Assembly (NCBI RefSeq): GCF_009914755.1
Contig: NC_060936.1
Direction: 5' to 3' (one strand)
DNA length: 64,000 bases
Source: the human T2T-CHM13v2.0 reference genome, Homo sapiens
The first letter of the stretch is position 1. Every line of letters starts with the position of its first letter. Below are positions 19,862-36,114 of the stretch, piece after piece. The translations under genes and the position numbers were made by a program. A model generated the notes under the pieces. That model was given only the letters and a program-made list of their open reading frames with translations, was not told where the DNA came from and made no database searches.

Positions 19862-19974
19862 CTTCTCAGAGCAGCTGAACTCAAGGTGTTGAATCTTGGC
19901 GGCCAATTGTACATTCATCTGTTTTAACCTTAAGAGTTGCCGTTCTGAACGTGTCTTAACTGAGATGATAATCC
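19862..19974 (-). CDS. HVCN1: HVCN1 coding exon, (G)[37 protein letters not shown] (dimerisation coiled coil, C249)
   Basis: tttcag acceptor, AAG|gtaaga donor; ORF 19811..20023. Confidence 0.96.
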
Positions 19975-20576
19975 CTGAAATAAAATTGGGGGTCTCAGTG
20001 ATACTGGTTTCTAACTTAACCACTCAGGAAAAAAATCTGTATTCTTACACCTGTATAGAGTTTGGAGGAGTGGTGACAGACACGCGAGACAGTCATCACT
20101 TTAGGGCATCAGAACTGGGAGGTCAGGGTTTTGTGTCTGAGCTACTTAGTACCCAGTTACACAGTATCTCTCTTTAGCTGGCATGGCTGAGAAATCCTTA
20201 AAAATAATCACTGACAAGATGAGCATTAGGATTCTTAACCTAGAACCTGTTCACAATCATGTGGGTGCACAACAGCGGTGTCCATAGATGCCACGAAAGC
20301 ACAGGCTGGGAAATGCCCCCTTTCCCCATAACAGGCATCTTCTGTAGGAACTGAAAGGCTTTTTTTTCTTTCCTTTGACAAGAGTCCAGTTTTTTTTTTT
20401 TTTTTGAGATGGGGTCTGGCTCTGTCACCCAGGCTAGAGTGCAGTGCACAATCTTGGCTTATTGCAGCCTCCAAATCCTGGGCTCAAGCAATCCTCCCAC
20501 CTCAGCCTCCCCAGTGGCTGGGACTACATGTGTGCACCACCACACCCAACTGATGTTTGTATTTTTTGTTTTGTAG

Positions 20577-20714
<138 letters not shown>

Positions 20715-20909
20715 TAAACCTGCTTATAACCAGCTCCTAAAGGGCTGAAGAGGAAGAAGGGAGGAGAGGGAGGTGAGGGGGCAGAGGGGAGGCCTCCATA
20801 ACAGGAGCCACTGTGAGCTCAGGCACCCAGAGTGACTGCGCAGTCAGGCCTTGGATGTATGCCTGGGCCCCTACTCTCCATCCACAGCCTGGGAGTGCAG
20901 GAGACGTAC

Positions 20910-21141
20910 CATTGATGATCCGGGCCACCCGCCACAGCCGGAGCAGAATCAGCAGGCCCAGAGCCTCAAACTGGTGCTCCTGGAACAGGAGGACAATGTC
21001 GAGGATGAATGAGACCACCACCACGACGGCATCCAGGATCTCAAACTTGTGGTGAAAGAACTCCAGGCGGAAGACAAATAATTTAAAGATGATCTCCATC
21101 ATAAAAAAGACCAAGATGGTGATGCTCATGTAGTGGAATAC
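20910..21141 (-). CDS. HVCN1: HVCN1 coding exon, S2-S4 of the voltage sensor (H140, H193, RLWRVAR = R205/W207/R208/R211)
   Basis: cttcag acceptor, G|gtacgt donor; the RxWRxxR signature is diagnostic of Hv1. Confidence 0.97.
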
Positions 21142-24010
21142 CTGAAGGGGACAAGGAACCACAGTCAGGGGAGATTGGGCCTCTGGGAGGTCAAGCTGCC
21201 CTCACATGCACCTGCCTGGTCACCAGCAAGAGAATTCCTCTGGTGGACAAATCCAGATGCCCAGTGCTGGAAACACAGCTGTGAACACCACAGATGAGGC
21301 ACCTGCTCTCTAAAGGGCAATTAGGCAATGTCAGAATTAAAGCATCCTCTAGACCCTTTGGACCAGCAATTCCATGGCTAAGAACTTACCCTACAGCTGA
21401 GCTCCTGTGTGCACAGGGACTAAGGATATTTACTGCAGCACTGTTTGCAGAACAAATACTTTCTGCATTGTAAGACAACAGAAATGTCCATTAGACAGAA
21501 ATGTCCATTAGAAGTTACTCTTGAAATGAATGGTGACACCTCCATATGGGGCCCTAAGGACACACTTGTTAAAAAGATTAAGCTGGGTGTGGTGGCTCGA
21601 GCCAATAGTCCCAGTTACTCAGGAGGCTAGGTGGGGCCTCCTGCCAAGAGCCCAGTTTGAGGCCAGTCTGGGCAACATAGCAAGACCCCATCTCTAAAAT
21701 AACTGAATGAATGAATGAATGGAGGCAGATCCATATGTTCCAATTAGGAGTGATCACCAAGGTGGTGTAAAGTGAAAAGGGTTCCAAGATCTTGATCTAG
21801 TCCTGGCTGGGCACAGTGGCTCATGCCTGTAATCCCAGCACTTTGGGAGGCCAAGGCGGGCAGATCACCTGAGGCCCGGAGTTTGAGACCACGTTGGCCA
21901 ACATGGTGAAAACCTGTCTGTACTAAAAAAATACAAAAAGTTAGGCATGGTGGTGCATGCCTGTAGTCCCAGCTATTTGGGAGGCTGAGGCAGGAGAATT
22001 GCTTGAACACGGAGGAGAGGTTGCAGTGAGCCGAGATTGCACCACTGCACTCCAGCCTGGGTGACAAGTGAGACTGTCTCAAAAAATAAAAATATAAAAT
22101 AAAATAACCAGTCCTCACACCAAGATAACCATTTCCAGATCTGAGGCAGGGGAGGTACAATGTGGGCAAGGACGTCTTTTGCCAGCAAGGAAGTCTTCAA
22201 AGACATCACAGAGTCATGTCAACAGGACCCAGCAGTCAACTTGAAGAGGCTCACAGTGACAACATTTGGGACAATCTGAACATTGAAAAGAATGACTAAG
22301 ATTGATTGTAACACAGTGAATAAAAAAATTCACAGTGCGGCACATACACCCATGCACACATACATACACACATGGGAAAACAGGGAAGTGCTTTTTTATA
22401 GAAGAGTACCTACTACTAAATGTAGAAGGAAAGACAGAAAATCACCATTTTGCATTCCCTAGTGTAGTCACTGACTCAGGCAAGTTTCACCAACAGATGC
22501 CAACTGGGGAAGAGGATATTTGCATGCTACCAAAGCAGTACCAGGCAGATCATTTACCACTGCAACGGGAAAAATGCCCCTGGCCAGTGGAGCAGTCCAG
22601 CAAGTGACCCAACTGAGTGGGACCCCTGGCGTGGTGTGCCTCCTGAAAATGCCACATCCAGAACATCGCCAGCCAATGAAGACTCCCTGCTGATCAAGCC
22701 CTGGACCTAACCGTGGTGTGCAGGAAATGAAGAAACAAGGCAGGAGACCTCAAAATCATCAGACAAATCCAGAACATGGGACATTCTACTGGCTGGGCTC
22801 TTCCAAGAGTCATTGTCATGAAGGAAAAAGAAAAGCAGGAGGATTTCTCTAGATTAAGAAAGCCCAGGGAGGCCGGGTGCAGTGGCTCACACCTGTAATC
22901 CCAGCACTTTGGGAGGCCAAGACAGGAGGATTGTTTGAGCCTGGGAGTTCAAGACCAGCCTGGGCAACACAAGGAAACCCTGTCTCTACAAAAAATTTAA
23001 AAATTAGCTGGGTGTGGTGGTGCATGTCTGTGGTTCTAGCTACTCAGGAGGCTGAGGCGGGAGGAAGGCTTGAGCCCATGAGATCAAGACTACAGTGAGC
23101 TGTTAAGTGCTCCTGCACTCCAGCCTGGGTGACAGGGCAAGACTCTGTCTCAAGTAAAAAAAAAAATTAAAAATTCCAAGGAGACATAACCAAATAGAAT
23201 ATTGGAATTCTCTATCCTAGTTTGAAAAAAACTGCCATTAAAGACATTCTTGGGCTGGACACGGTGGCTCTTGCCTGTAATCCCAGCACTTTGGGAGGCC
23301 GAAGTGGGCAGATCACTTGAGGTCAGGAGTTCGATACCAGCCTGGCCAACATGGTGAAATCTCATCTCTACTAAAAATAAAAAAATTAGCTGGGTGTGGT
23401 GGCGGGCACCTGTAATCCCAGTTACTCTGGAGCTGGAGGCAGGAGAATCGCTTGAACTCAGGAGGCGGACGTTGCAGTGAGATGAGATAGTGCCACTGCA
23501 CTCCAGCCTGGGCGATAGAGACTGTCTCAAAAAAATAAAGAGAGACATTTGGGATGAGTGAATAAAAGTGGTTGTTAGGTGGGACTATTGATCTTATTTT
23601 AGATCTGATGGTGCTCTTATGGCTCCATGGGAGAAAAACCTTATTAGGCACGTTGAAGTATTTAGGAGTGAAGGGTTGTGAAGTCAAATGGCCAGACGGA
23701 AGCGTGTGTGCGTCCGTGGGGATGTATAGTGACAAAGCAAACACAGCAAAATGTGTCTTTGCCATTTTTCATAAAAAGTTGAGAGAAAAAAAGACAATAA
23801 GTATGGCAGGTATGTTAATGGATTCTATTAAAAATAGAGGAAGAGAGCCAAGTGCAGTGTCGCACGCCTGTAATCCCAGCACTTTGGGAGGCAGAGGTGG
23901 GTGGATCACTTGAGCCCTGGGGTTCAAGACCCAGTCTCTGAGAAACATGAAAACAATTATTTAGGAGAAAACAGATGGACAGGGAAGATTCTCCTCCTAT
24001 GCTGGCATAG

Positions 24011-24352
<342 letters not shown>

Positions 24353-24927
24353 TAGTAGAGATTTGGTTTCATTATGTTGGCCAGGCTGGTCTCGAACTCC
24401 TGACCTCAGGTGATCCACCCGCCTTGTCCTCCCAAAGTGCAGAGACTAAAGGTGTGAGCCACCATGCCCAACCAGGGATGATTTTAACTCTCTTGATCTC
24501 CGCCCTTGGAACTGAGACAGGGTATGTCCACCACCCTTTGGGTGAACATCTGGGATGGGCTCAGTAACTGAATCAGTGAATAAACAGCAGATCCCCTGAT
24601 GGCCCAGCAAGGGGACCATGCAGACCATCAACAGAAGACAGGAGGAATGCCCCTCCTGACCCAGAGATGGCAGAGTGGATCCACCCCACATGCTCCAGCT
24701 CACTAGCCTAGCATCGCCCAGGATTCCAGCCATCATGTGAAACAACGTTTCCTGCTTGTAGTAAATGCTAATCCATATTCTGGAAAGGAAGACGAAAACA
24801 CCTATCAAACTACCACAGACCTTGCTACTCCAAGTGGGGTGTCAGCTGCTCCACTCTGCACCCCGTCTGTGCAGATAACACAAGCAAAACATATCAGTAA
24901 GACCCCAGAAGAGCTGTCAACCCCTAC

Positions 24928-25032
24928 CATGGCAGCATAGTTATTCTTGTCGGGCTGGATGATCTTCAGGTCCAGGATGAGCTCAGCAAGCACCAGGAGG
25001 GCATCCAGAACCACCAAGCAGATGATGATGAC
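24928..25032 (-). CDS. HVCN1: HVCN1 coding exon, S1: [35 protein letters not shown] (selectivity residue D112 at 25005-25003)
   Basis: cacag acceptor, ATG|gtaggg donor; 105 nt. Confidence 0.97.
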
Positions 25033-25226
25033 CTGTGGGCCGAGGGAAGGTGCCAGAGATCATGAGACCCCCACAGAGGCCCTCCCTCTCCCATCATTAA
25101 GAGCTGGCTTGGAAGCACGTGGGTGAAACCACTGGGCAAAGCCATTAAGGATGGGAGGCTACTGCTATAGCTCGCCAGAGGCCCCACCAGGATGGAGGCT
25201 GTGCAGGGCCAGCTCCTCTCTGATAG

Positions 25227-25763
<537 letters not shown>

Positions 25764-27027
25764 TAAATAATTCAACACAGCCCTGCCTCGGCAGTCCGAG
25801 TCCTGGAAGGGACCTTGGGGACTGCTGACTGCAGGTTCCTTGGCTACAGGGACGGCTGCTGTGCTTACAAACTAGCTTCTGCCTGGAGATGCGAGGTACC
25901 TGCCCCAGCTCTCGTGTGCTCATAGTGGGTGAAGATGGTGAAGGGGAGAGGAGTCCTGGTGTCCTGGAGAATTCAGGAGAGCTGCTATGGGAAACACAGC
26001 CTCCTGGGCTTTGTGATGGGCTGACAGAGGACAGGTGGGGAGCAGTGTGGAGTGGGTGGGTGGTCTCACTGATGGTGGCTGTGGGAAGCAGCTGGTGGTG
26101 ATGGCAGTCACGGTGACAGCTGGTGATGATGTTGGCGAGGGCACTGATGGCAGGGTGGAGGTGACAGTGTTGGGGTTACCATAATGGCAGTGGAGATGCA
26201 GCAGTGGGAGGAGCCCCAAAGGACCTCGAGTGACCCTTCTCTTCCCTTGGAAATTCCAGGCCATCACCGTACCCACCCCCCCGCCAGGGCCTTGCCGCTC
26301 ACACTCTCAGATCAGTAGATTCTGGCCTCTGAAAATTAACCTGCCATTATCTTGGCAATTTCTGCAGTTTCAGGTTAAAATTAAACAAGTTCAGGCCTCT
26401 GCAAGAACAGACTATTAATCCTTTGATCCTTTCAACCTGTAGGTAATTATTTCAGTAATTAAAGTATTATGATGTGGTTTCTTGTGAAAATTGCATGGCA
26501 AATTGCTTTGTAATGAAGTTTTCACACATATTCAAATTCAGCAAGCTTAATAAAGGTGCAAGCCTCTAGTAGGGTTTTTGTTGTTGTTTTTCCTTGGTTT
26601 TATTTTGGAACTAAAGGGATCTGAGAGCTCATGTGAGGTAAAACCAAGTCACAGAGCTACAAGGAACAGACCCAATATTCAGCCATGAAAAGGATGAGGT
26701 TCTGACCCCCGCTCCTATGAAATCGTCATTCTAAGTCAAAGAAGGCAGACAGACAAGATCACACATTATATGATCCCATCTAATGAAATGTCCAGAAATG
26801 GCAAATCCAGAGACAGAATGCAGGTTCACAGTTGCCCAGGGCTAGGGGAGGGGGAATGGGGAGTGACTGCTAATGGGTACCAGGTTTCCATTTGAAAATG
26901 CTCTGGGGCCGGACACGGTGGCTCATGCCTGTAATCCCAGCACTTTGGGAGGCAGAGGCGGGCAGATCACCTGAGGTCAGGAGTTCGAGACCAGCCTGGC
27001 TAACATAGTGAAACCCTGTTTCTACTA

Positions 27028-27288
<261 letters not shown>

Positions 27289-28853
27289 TCATTTACTTAA
27301 AAATGATTGTTATGTGAATCTCACCTCAATTTAAAAAAGAAACAATGCAAAAGAAAAATGAGAGACAGACCAACCTAAGGTCACAAAACTACGATGCCAG
27401 GATAATAACCCCAGCCTCTATGAAAACTCATCCCTGGGGCCCTGAATCTGCCAGTTCACAGGGAGTGTTGCTTCTTAGGGGAACCAGGTCACAAGGAAAA
27501 TTGCTGAGAATTCAGAGAAGCTGCTTCATTCTAAATCCTCACCCTGGCAAAGACTGCAGAGTCCGTGCCGTGGGGCGGCCAGTCCTGGGCTCAGCTCCCA
27601 ACTCCCCCATCTGCCTGGACCTTGGACACATCTCTCAATGCTGGAAGCTTCAGCGTCCTCTCGGGGAAAGTGGGGTGGGCCACATTTTCTACCCCAGAGC
27701 AACAATGGGAGCATGACGTGAGTGAAGTATGAAGGGCGCTTAGCACACGGCTGGCCTGCGGTGCATGGGAATGAAAGTGAAGCTCCCTGACTCCTGGGAC
27801 CACTTTCCCTTGGCTCCACTCTGTCCTGTCATTCATGGCTTCCTTGGGCCCTGAATAACCCTGTATTCTCTCCCTTGGTTGTGCCATCCCATGTAAGAAG
27901 GGACCTCAATTAACTATTAATATATCAAGCACCTTGGCCATCTCAAACCACCCAAGAAAGGGATCCCAGGAGCTTCCTGGATGCCGATCCTACCTGCAGA
28001 GACTACAACCCCTGAGCCTCACCACCTACTCCAGTGTGGCCTCACTGCTGCCACCAAGTCCCTCCACAAATCTGATCTCCCACCCACACACTTAGAGCTT
28101 TCAAAGGCAGCCCATGACCCGTGGATGACCTTCCCTGGCCTCTTCTCTTGCCAATTGCCTGCTGGCAACACCCATACCCGATCCACGTGCGCCCTTCTCA
28201 ATTCCTCCAATGCTGCAGGTCCTTGGCAAACGAAGCCCCTCTACCTGGAAGCCTCCCACGCCATCCACCCATCGGGCTCACTCCTGCTCAGCATGCAGGT
28301 GTCACCTCCTTCGACTCCAGTCCCTGATCAGGTCCCCCCACCCCCAGGACCTCTCAGAGCCCCCCTCCTCCCTGCGGAGGGCTTCTCTCCATTTGTAACC
28401 AATGTGTGTCTCAGTGATGGCTCCCGTCATTCCTGCCTTTCTGCAGCCTGCCAAATCCTCAATGAGGGCAAAGATGTGTCTGCCACATTTGTCACTGTAC
28501 ACAGCAGGTGCTCAATAAGTGACTGTTGGGTGGGTGAATAAACACCTCCACTCACTTTATGACAGGCATTCGTCTTTTTCCCCAGCAGGAGTATCTGGGT
28601 GTCCCAGCTCAGGGGCCAGTCCCCAGCCCTAAGCCCAGGCAGGAGGGGGATATCCTGATGGGGCGGCCCAGGGCTCCCCTTGCAGCTGCAAGGAAGCTGT
28701 TTCCTTCCTTCTGCTCCTGAAATTGAGGGTTTGGGATTTCAAACCCAACAACTTAATAGCATGTTTCCTTTCCCATCACAGCCACAGAGAAGCTGGGTCG
28801 CCAGGCGCTCTGGCATGTCAGCTGGCTTGCTTTGCTGCTTTCAGCTTTGCTGC

Positions 28854-29115
28854 TTTCAGCCACACAAGAGAGTGGGGAAAAAAAAAGACCAAAATAATTT
28901 TTTTTTTCTCTTTTACCCTGGAGTAAAGTCAGCAATGGAAGAGGCAAGGGCTACATTTCTCTGCTTCCAGAAGAGGGACAGGCTCTATTTCAGCCACACA
29001 AGAGTGGGGAAAAAAAAGACCAAAATAATTTTTTTCTCTTTTACCCTGGAATAAAGTCAGCGATGGAAGAGGCAAGGGCTACATTTCTCTGCTTCCAGAA
29101 GAGGGACGGGTCTAT
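28854..29115. repeat. Tandem duplication of ~130 bp of non-Alu sequence (copies start at 28854 and 28988)
   Basis: tttcagccacacaagag...gaagagggac occurs twice with few differences. Confidence 0.92.
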
Positions 29116-29543
29116 TTTGTTTGGGGACACCTGCAATAGCATCCCCTAAATGCCCACCTTTGAGAACTGTGGGCTTCCCTGTGGTCTCCAGACCTGTGCC
29201 CTCCCAGGACTTGAATGTGTTTCCAGGCACCCAGACATAGGCTCTGCCACCTTGGGGATGGGGATTGGGTCCAGAGAGGGCTGACCAGACTCCACTTGCA
29301 TTTGTCCCTCAAAATCAGAAATGTCCTTCTAGACTGTGTATGGTGGCTCACGCCTGTAATCACAGCACTTTGGGAGGCCAAGATGGGAGGATCACTTGAG
29401 GCCAGGAATTCGAGACCAGCCTGGGCAACATAGCAAGATCCCATCTCTTAAAAAAAAAGCCCTTCTAAATGGCGGGACATGGCCAGGCATAGTGGCTCAC
29501 GCCTGTAATCCCAGCACTTTGGGAGGCTGACACGGGTGGATCA

Positions 29544-29768
<225 letters not shown>

Positions 29769-30858
29769 TCAATCAATGGCAGGACAGTTGGCCGGGCACG
29801 GTGGCTAATACCTGTAATCCCAGCACTTTGGGAGGCTGAGGTGGGTGGATCACCTGAGGTCAGGAGTTCAAGACCAGCCTGACCAACATAGTGAAACCCT
29901 GTCTCTACTAAAAATGCAAAATTAGCCAGGCGTGGTGGCAGGCGCCTATAATCCCAGCTACTCGGGAGGCTGAGGCAGGAGAATTGCTTGAACTCCACAG
30001 AAAGTTCAGTTCCCTTCGCTCGTCTGTGAGGACCACCCCAGCTCTGCTTTCTCCCTGCAACCACACCTGGAGACTATCAGCAGTGGGCTAAGGCCAGGAC
30101 AGGCAGGTATTTTGGGCATCACTCCACAAGAGAGACTGAGGCCCCCAGCGTGATGGGTCTCCATGAGGCAGGGGAGCCTCTGGCACTGAGTGTTCGCAGA
30201 GTGAACAGATGAGTGTTTTTTCTGTCTCCGTTATTTACCCTTTATTTATTTTTTTTGTGTGTGGTAAAATTTGCATAACGTAAAATTTACCATTTTAAAG
30301 TTGGCGTAAAACTTAGTGGCATTCAGTCCATTCACAAGGTTGTGTAACCATCACCACTATAATTCCAGAACATTTTCATCTCCTCAAATGGAAACACTCC
30401 CACCTGTGGCAGCCGCCAATCTGCTTCCTGTCTCTATGGATTTGCCTGTTCTAGATGTTTTGTATCAATGGAATCCTACACTCTGGCCTTTTGTGTCTGG
30501 CTTCTTTCCCTCAGCACCATGTTTTCAAGGTTCATCCACATTGTGGCATGGATCAGCACTTCTTTGCTTTTGATGTTGGAATCATATTCCACTGTATGGA
30601 TAGAACACATTCGGTTTAACACTCATCCATTGGTGGACCTTTTGCTTTTGGATCATGGCTCTTTTCTCCCTGACAACTTGAGATCTGCCTACCGCATTCC
30701 CAGCACGGTACAGGGTCCCCGGCACGTGGTAGGTGCTGGGCAAACACTCGTAGAATGAATGAGGCAGTGGCCAAATGGGCTCAGCCTGGCCGCCTGCCTC
30801 ACATTCCCCGATGGCTCTCCTGCCAGCTCTGGGTATCCCGGACTCCTGCCCCACCTAC

Positions 30859-31143
30859 CTGAAACCTGTGGGAGCTGAACAGTTTCCTCAACATGCCCCT
30901 GAAGTCAAGGGGGGCCCTGGGTGCGGGGCCAGGGGCAGGGGCAACGTCAGGGGCTGCAGCTCTGCCTTCCTCGCCTGAGACTGGTGTGGGTGGTGGCTGC
31001 TCCTCCTCCTCCTCCTCCTCTTCATTCTCCCATTTCTTGTAGTTGATGTTCCAGGCATGGTAGTCGTCTCCCACGACCGTGAAGTGCCTTAAGAACTTGC
31101 TCATCCTCTCAGCGGGAGCCACCTTGGCCCTGCGGGTGACTGC
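30859..31143 (-). CDS. HVCN1: HVCN1 coding exon, cytoplasmic N-terminus [14 protein letters not shown]21SKFLRHFT29...poly-E...M91[11 protein letters not shown]
   Basis: ttctag acceptor, CAG|gtaggt donor; 285 nt; M21 ATG at 31104-31102. Confidence 0.97.
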
Positions 31144-32090
31144 CTAGAAGGCGGGGACAGAGAGCAAGAGCTTCAGGCAGTTGGCCACTCAGAGCCCACA
31201 TGGCCCAGGCCGGGCCAGGCCACTGCAGGTGAAGATGGTCCCGGGTGCGTAGAACCCCCTGCAAGCAGAGACCATGAGGTCACGGTGGTTTCTCGTGCTT
31301 TTATTTTTGGAATCCAGGGTCTCAGTGTCTATGAGGCAACAGGAAACTCCTGCCCCCAGCAGGCCTGTCACTGTGGTCTGGTTGGCAGTAACCAACGGAA
31401 TCAGTACTGCAGCCCGGTCCCAAAACACCCGCCACGGGCCCATGTGTGAATACCGGAAGGGCGGCCCCAAGGTTCAGAGACATCACAACCTGGAAACTGG
31501 AGGGGCCAGTGGGCAGGGCGTGGGGAGGAGAAGCCAAAAGTAAAAGTACCCAGAGTTTCATAGAAAAGTCACGAGATCCCCACCCATCACGCCACACATC
31601 CTGACAGGCGCGTGGCAGATGGACATTTTCCAAGTTCAGCCAGTGCTATTCACACGGACAGTTGTTTAAAGCAAAAGCAAATATCCCTGTGCCCTCTCTC
31701 CACTTTACCCAACTTGCCCTACCAGGTATCAAATTTACATAAAGTTAAATAATTGAAATGTATAGGTATGAGTGCAAGAGCAGGCTACATGACTACTGGA
31801 ACAGGAAGAGAGAGCCCAATGGAAGAGAGAGCCCAATGTCCCTGAGGGAGCCTAAAGGAGATGGGGTGGCCGTCCAGACTCACGGGAAAGAAAGGCTGGA
31901 GAGGCTGGGACACCTGGCTTTGTCAATAGGAAAAAAAAATCCATTCCCCACCTTGCCCCCCACACAGAATACATCTGAGATGCACTTACATGAATGTGTA
32001 AAGTGTATTTAAAAAGGAACAACTTAAAAAGTCTTAGAACAAAATACAGGCCAGTAACTTCATGAGCTTAGGATAGGAAAAGATTGCTTA

Positions 32091-32453
<363 letters not shown>

Positions 32454-35105
32454 TCAAAACTAAAAGCTTTATTATGACACACTGCCCCCCCACACACACC
32501 CTACAAAGTTAAAAGATATACTACAGACTGGGATAAATATTTGCAATGTATGTGATAGACAAAGAGTAACCAGAATATATAAAGAAATCTTATAAATCAA
32601 AAAGAGAAAGAAAAACTCCATGGAAAACTGGGCAGTGGACGTTGACAGGCAGGTCATGTAAGAGAAAACTCAAATAGCCAAGATGCTTATCCCCAATAAT
32701 ACTCAGAAAAACGCAGAGTGAAGTAACAATAGCACATCTTTTCACTCCTCAGGTTGGCAAGTGTCTTAAAGTCTACATCAAATATCGGTGAGGGCGTGAA
32801 GCAATGGGGTCTCTTGAACACTGAAGACAGAAACAGGCACCAGCACCATCATTTTGGGGAGAAATTTGGCATGATCTTGTCAAGTTGAAGTGGTGTGTAT
32901 CTTTCTGAATGATTTAGTGATTCTATCCCTACATAGGGTCCAAAGAGAAACTTGGGCACATGTGCTCAAATTGGTGACATGTTCAAAAATGTTCACTGCA
33001 AATATTCACCTAGTTGGGCAGGTGTGGCAGCTCACACCTGTAATCCCCACACTTTGGGAGGCTGAGGTGGGAGGATTGCTTGAGCCCAGGAGCTGAGACC
33101 AGCCTGCGCAATAAGGCAAGACCCTGTCTGCAGAAAAATAAAAAAAATTAGCCAGGCATGGTAGCACACCTGTAGTCCCAGCTACTTGGGAGGCTGGGGC
33201 AGGAGGAGTGCTTGAGCTTGGGAGGTCGAGGCTGCAGTAAGCCATGTTCTCCAGCCTGGGCAACAGAGTGAGACGCTGTCTCAAAAAAAAAAAAAAAAAA
33301 AAAAAAAAGAATAAAAAAGAAAAAAAATTTATCTACATGTGGGAGATAGAGGAATGAATATTCTCTGTTCATGTAATGGGACACTATACAGCAGTTAAAA
33401 TGAATTAACTGCGTCTCAGTATGTCACTGGTGATGCCCATGTGTACCCACTCGGCAGCACTGAATACAGTAGAACAATCACTTCTTTCTTCAAATGCTTC
33501 CTTCATTGGCTTCTGGGATGCCACAGTCTCCTGGTTTTCCTCCTATCTCAGTGGTTGTTTCCTGTTAGTTTCTTTTGGCCAGTGGATATCTTAGAGGAAG
33601 ACCTTACATTTAATTTTCTTTTCTTTTTTTTAAAAAGAGGATCTCACTTGTCACCCAGGCTAGATGCAGGGGTGCGATCATAGCTCACTACAGTCTTGAA
33701 TTCCTGTGCTCAAGCAATTCTCCTGCCTCAACCTCCCGGGTAGTTTGGACTGTGGCACACTATAACGTGTCTGGCTAATTAAAACAATTATTTTTTTAGA
33801 GATGGGGTCTTGCTATGTTACCCAGGCTGGTCTTAAACTCCTAGGCTAAAACAACCTTCCAGCCTCAGCTTCCCGAGTAGCTGGGATTACAGGTACATGC
33901 CACTGTGCCTGGCTTACATTTAAGTATTAAGTACAACTGTATACCCAGCACCTAGAAAAATGCCTTGCACTTAACAGACACTCAAAAATACTGAAATGTT
34001 TGTTAAGCAACAATGAATCTAGCAATGTGGATAGCTCCTAAAAAATGTTGACTGTAAAAGAAAGATATGGAAGAATAAGAACAATGTCACACCACTTAAG
34101 TAAAAATGTTAAATATATGGAAAATATTATATATTGTTTTGGAATGTGTAAAAGCATGAGTGTAAACATACACAAGAATGAGATTTCTGCTTCTGGCCTT
34201 ATTACACTCTAGAGTAACTAGTAACAGATTATCCCTCCTGCCATAACCAATTATAAAACTGGATAAAATATGTGAAATTTACTGTGATCCCTTAGAGAAG
34301 AAAAATGAATGAGGCAAACCCTACAATCACCCTGGCTTTGTGCCTGGAGGTACTTTCTGGACTGTGAAGGCAAAGACTATAGTTCAAAGCTATTGAGTCT
34401 CCCTCCCCTTGTGAATCTGCTTGGCAATGTACCAGAAATAGGAAAGGTATGCAGAGGAGGAGACCCCAAAATATGGACTTTGGCTGAGTCCTAAACATCG
34501 TGTGTGTGGAACAAGATTTCATGAGGCAGGGAAAAATATAACTTTCAGGAAAAAAACTCCTTGGGGTGCTGTGAGCTGAACAACTACCAGAAATTACATA
34601 GGACTGGGTTGGGAGATATGTGAGTTCCCAACAGCCAGAGTAGAGAGACCTCATTGAACACCCTAAGCATTCAACAGAAATCCCAGAAAAATCATGCCTT
34701 ATGAGTAGACCTAATCTAGCTTTATAGGAAGGGCCACATTACACTCATCCCAACAAAGCTTAAAAATAAGCCTTGAAATGAACAAACTGATCCCCAAGTA
34801 AATTTACTGCCTGTTGGAACAAAACTCAATACTTTATTAGGAAGACAACAACATAAACTCAACATCATAGATGCATACTGTCTAGCATACAATTAAAATT
34901 ACTAGACACATAAAGCTGAAAAATGTGGCCCACAACTAATAAAAAAATCAGCTAATAGAAGATTCAAAATGGTTGGGTGCAGTGGCTCATGCCTGTAATC
35001 CCAGCACTTTGGGAGGCCGAGGTGGGCAGATCACCTAAGGTCAGGAGTTTGAGACCAGCCTGACCAACATGGAGAAACCTCGTCTCTACTAAAAATACAA
35101 AATTA

Positions 35106-35249
<144 letters not shown>

Positions 35250-35590
35250 TCAAAAAAAAAAAAAAGACTAAAAATGTACAGAGATAATAGAACTGGCCAA
35301 GAAAGACTTGAAAACAGATATTACAAATATATTCAAGGATTTCAAGGAAAACATAAACTTAATGAGGGAGCAAATAAAAATCTTAATACAGAAATGGAAT
35401 CTACAAAAAAGATCCAGCTGGCTAGGCATGGTGGCTCACTCATGTAATCCCATCACTTTGGGAGGTCGAGGTGGGCAGATCACCTGAGGTCAGGAGTTCA
35501 AGACCAGCCTGACCAATGTGGAGAAACCCCATCTCTACTAAAAATACAAAATTAACTGTGCATCGTGGCACATGCCTGTAATCCCAGCTA

Positions 35591-35791
<201 letters not shown>

Positions 35792-35925
35792 TTAACAGCT
35801 GATAACATATTACCAAAGAAAAGATCAATGAGGCTGGGCACAGTGGCTCATGCCTGTAATCCCAGCACTTTGGGAGGCTGAGGCGGGCGGATCACAAGGT
35901 CAGGAGATTGAGACCATCCTGGCTA

Positions 35926-36114
<189 letters not shown>

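Noticed and set aside
21582-21700. Possible 7SL/snRNA gene
   Set aside because: Alu monomer (FLAM-like) lacking the SRP S domain; no tRNA, snRNA or snoRNA recognised anywhere in the window
27981-28541. 186-aa ORF (also 38343-38861, 172 aa)
   Set aside because: Low-complexity translation over degenerate L2-like intronic sequence, antisense to HVCN1, with no supporting gene structure
28854-29115. CRISPR-like or functional array interpretation of direct repeats (also 7156-7658)
   Set aside because: Only two copies, no repeat-spacer periodicity, human intronic context
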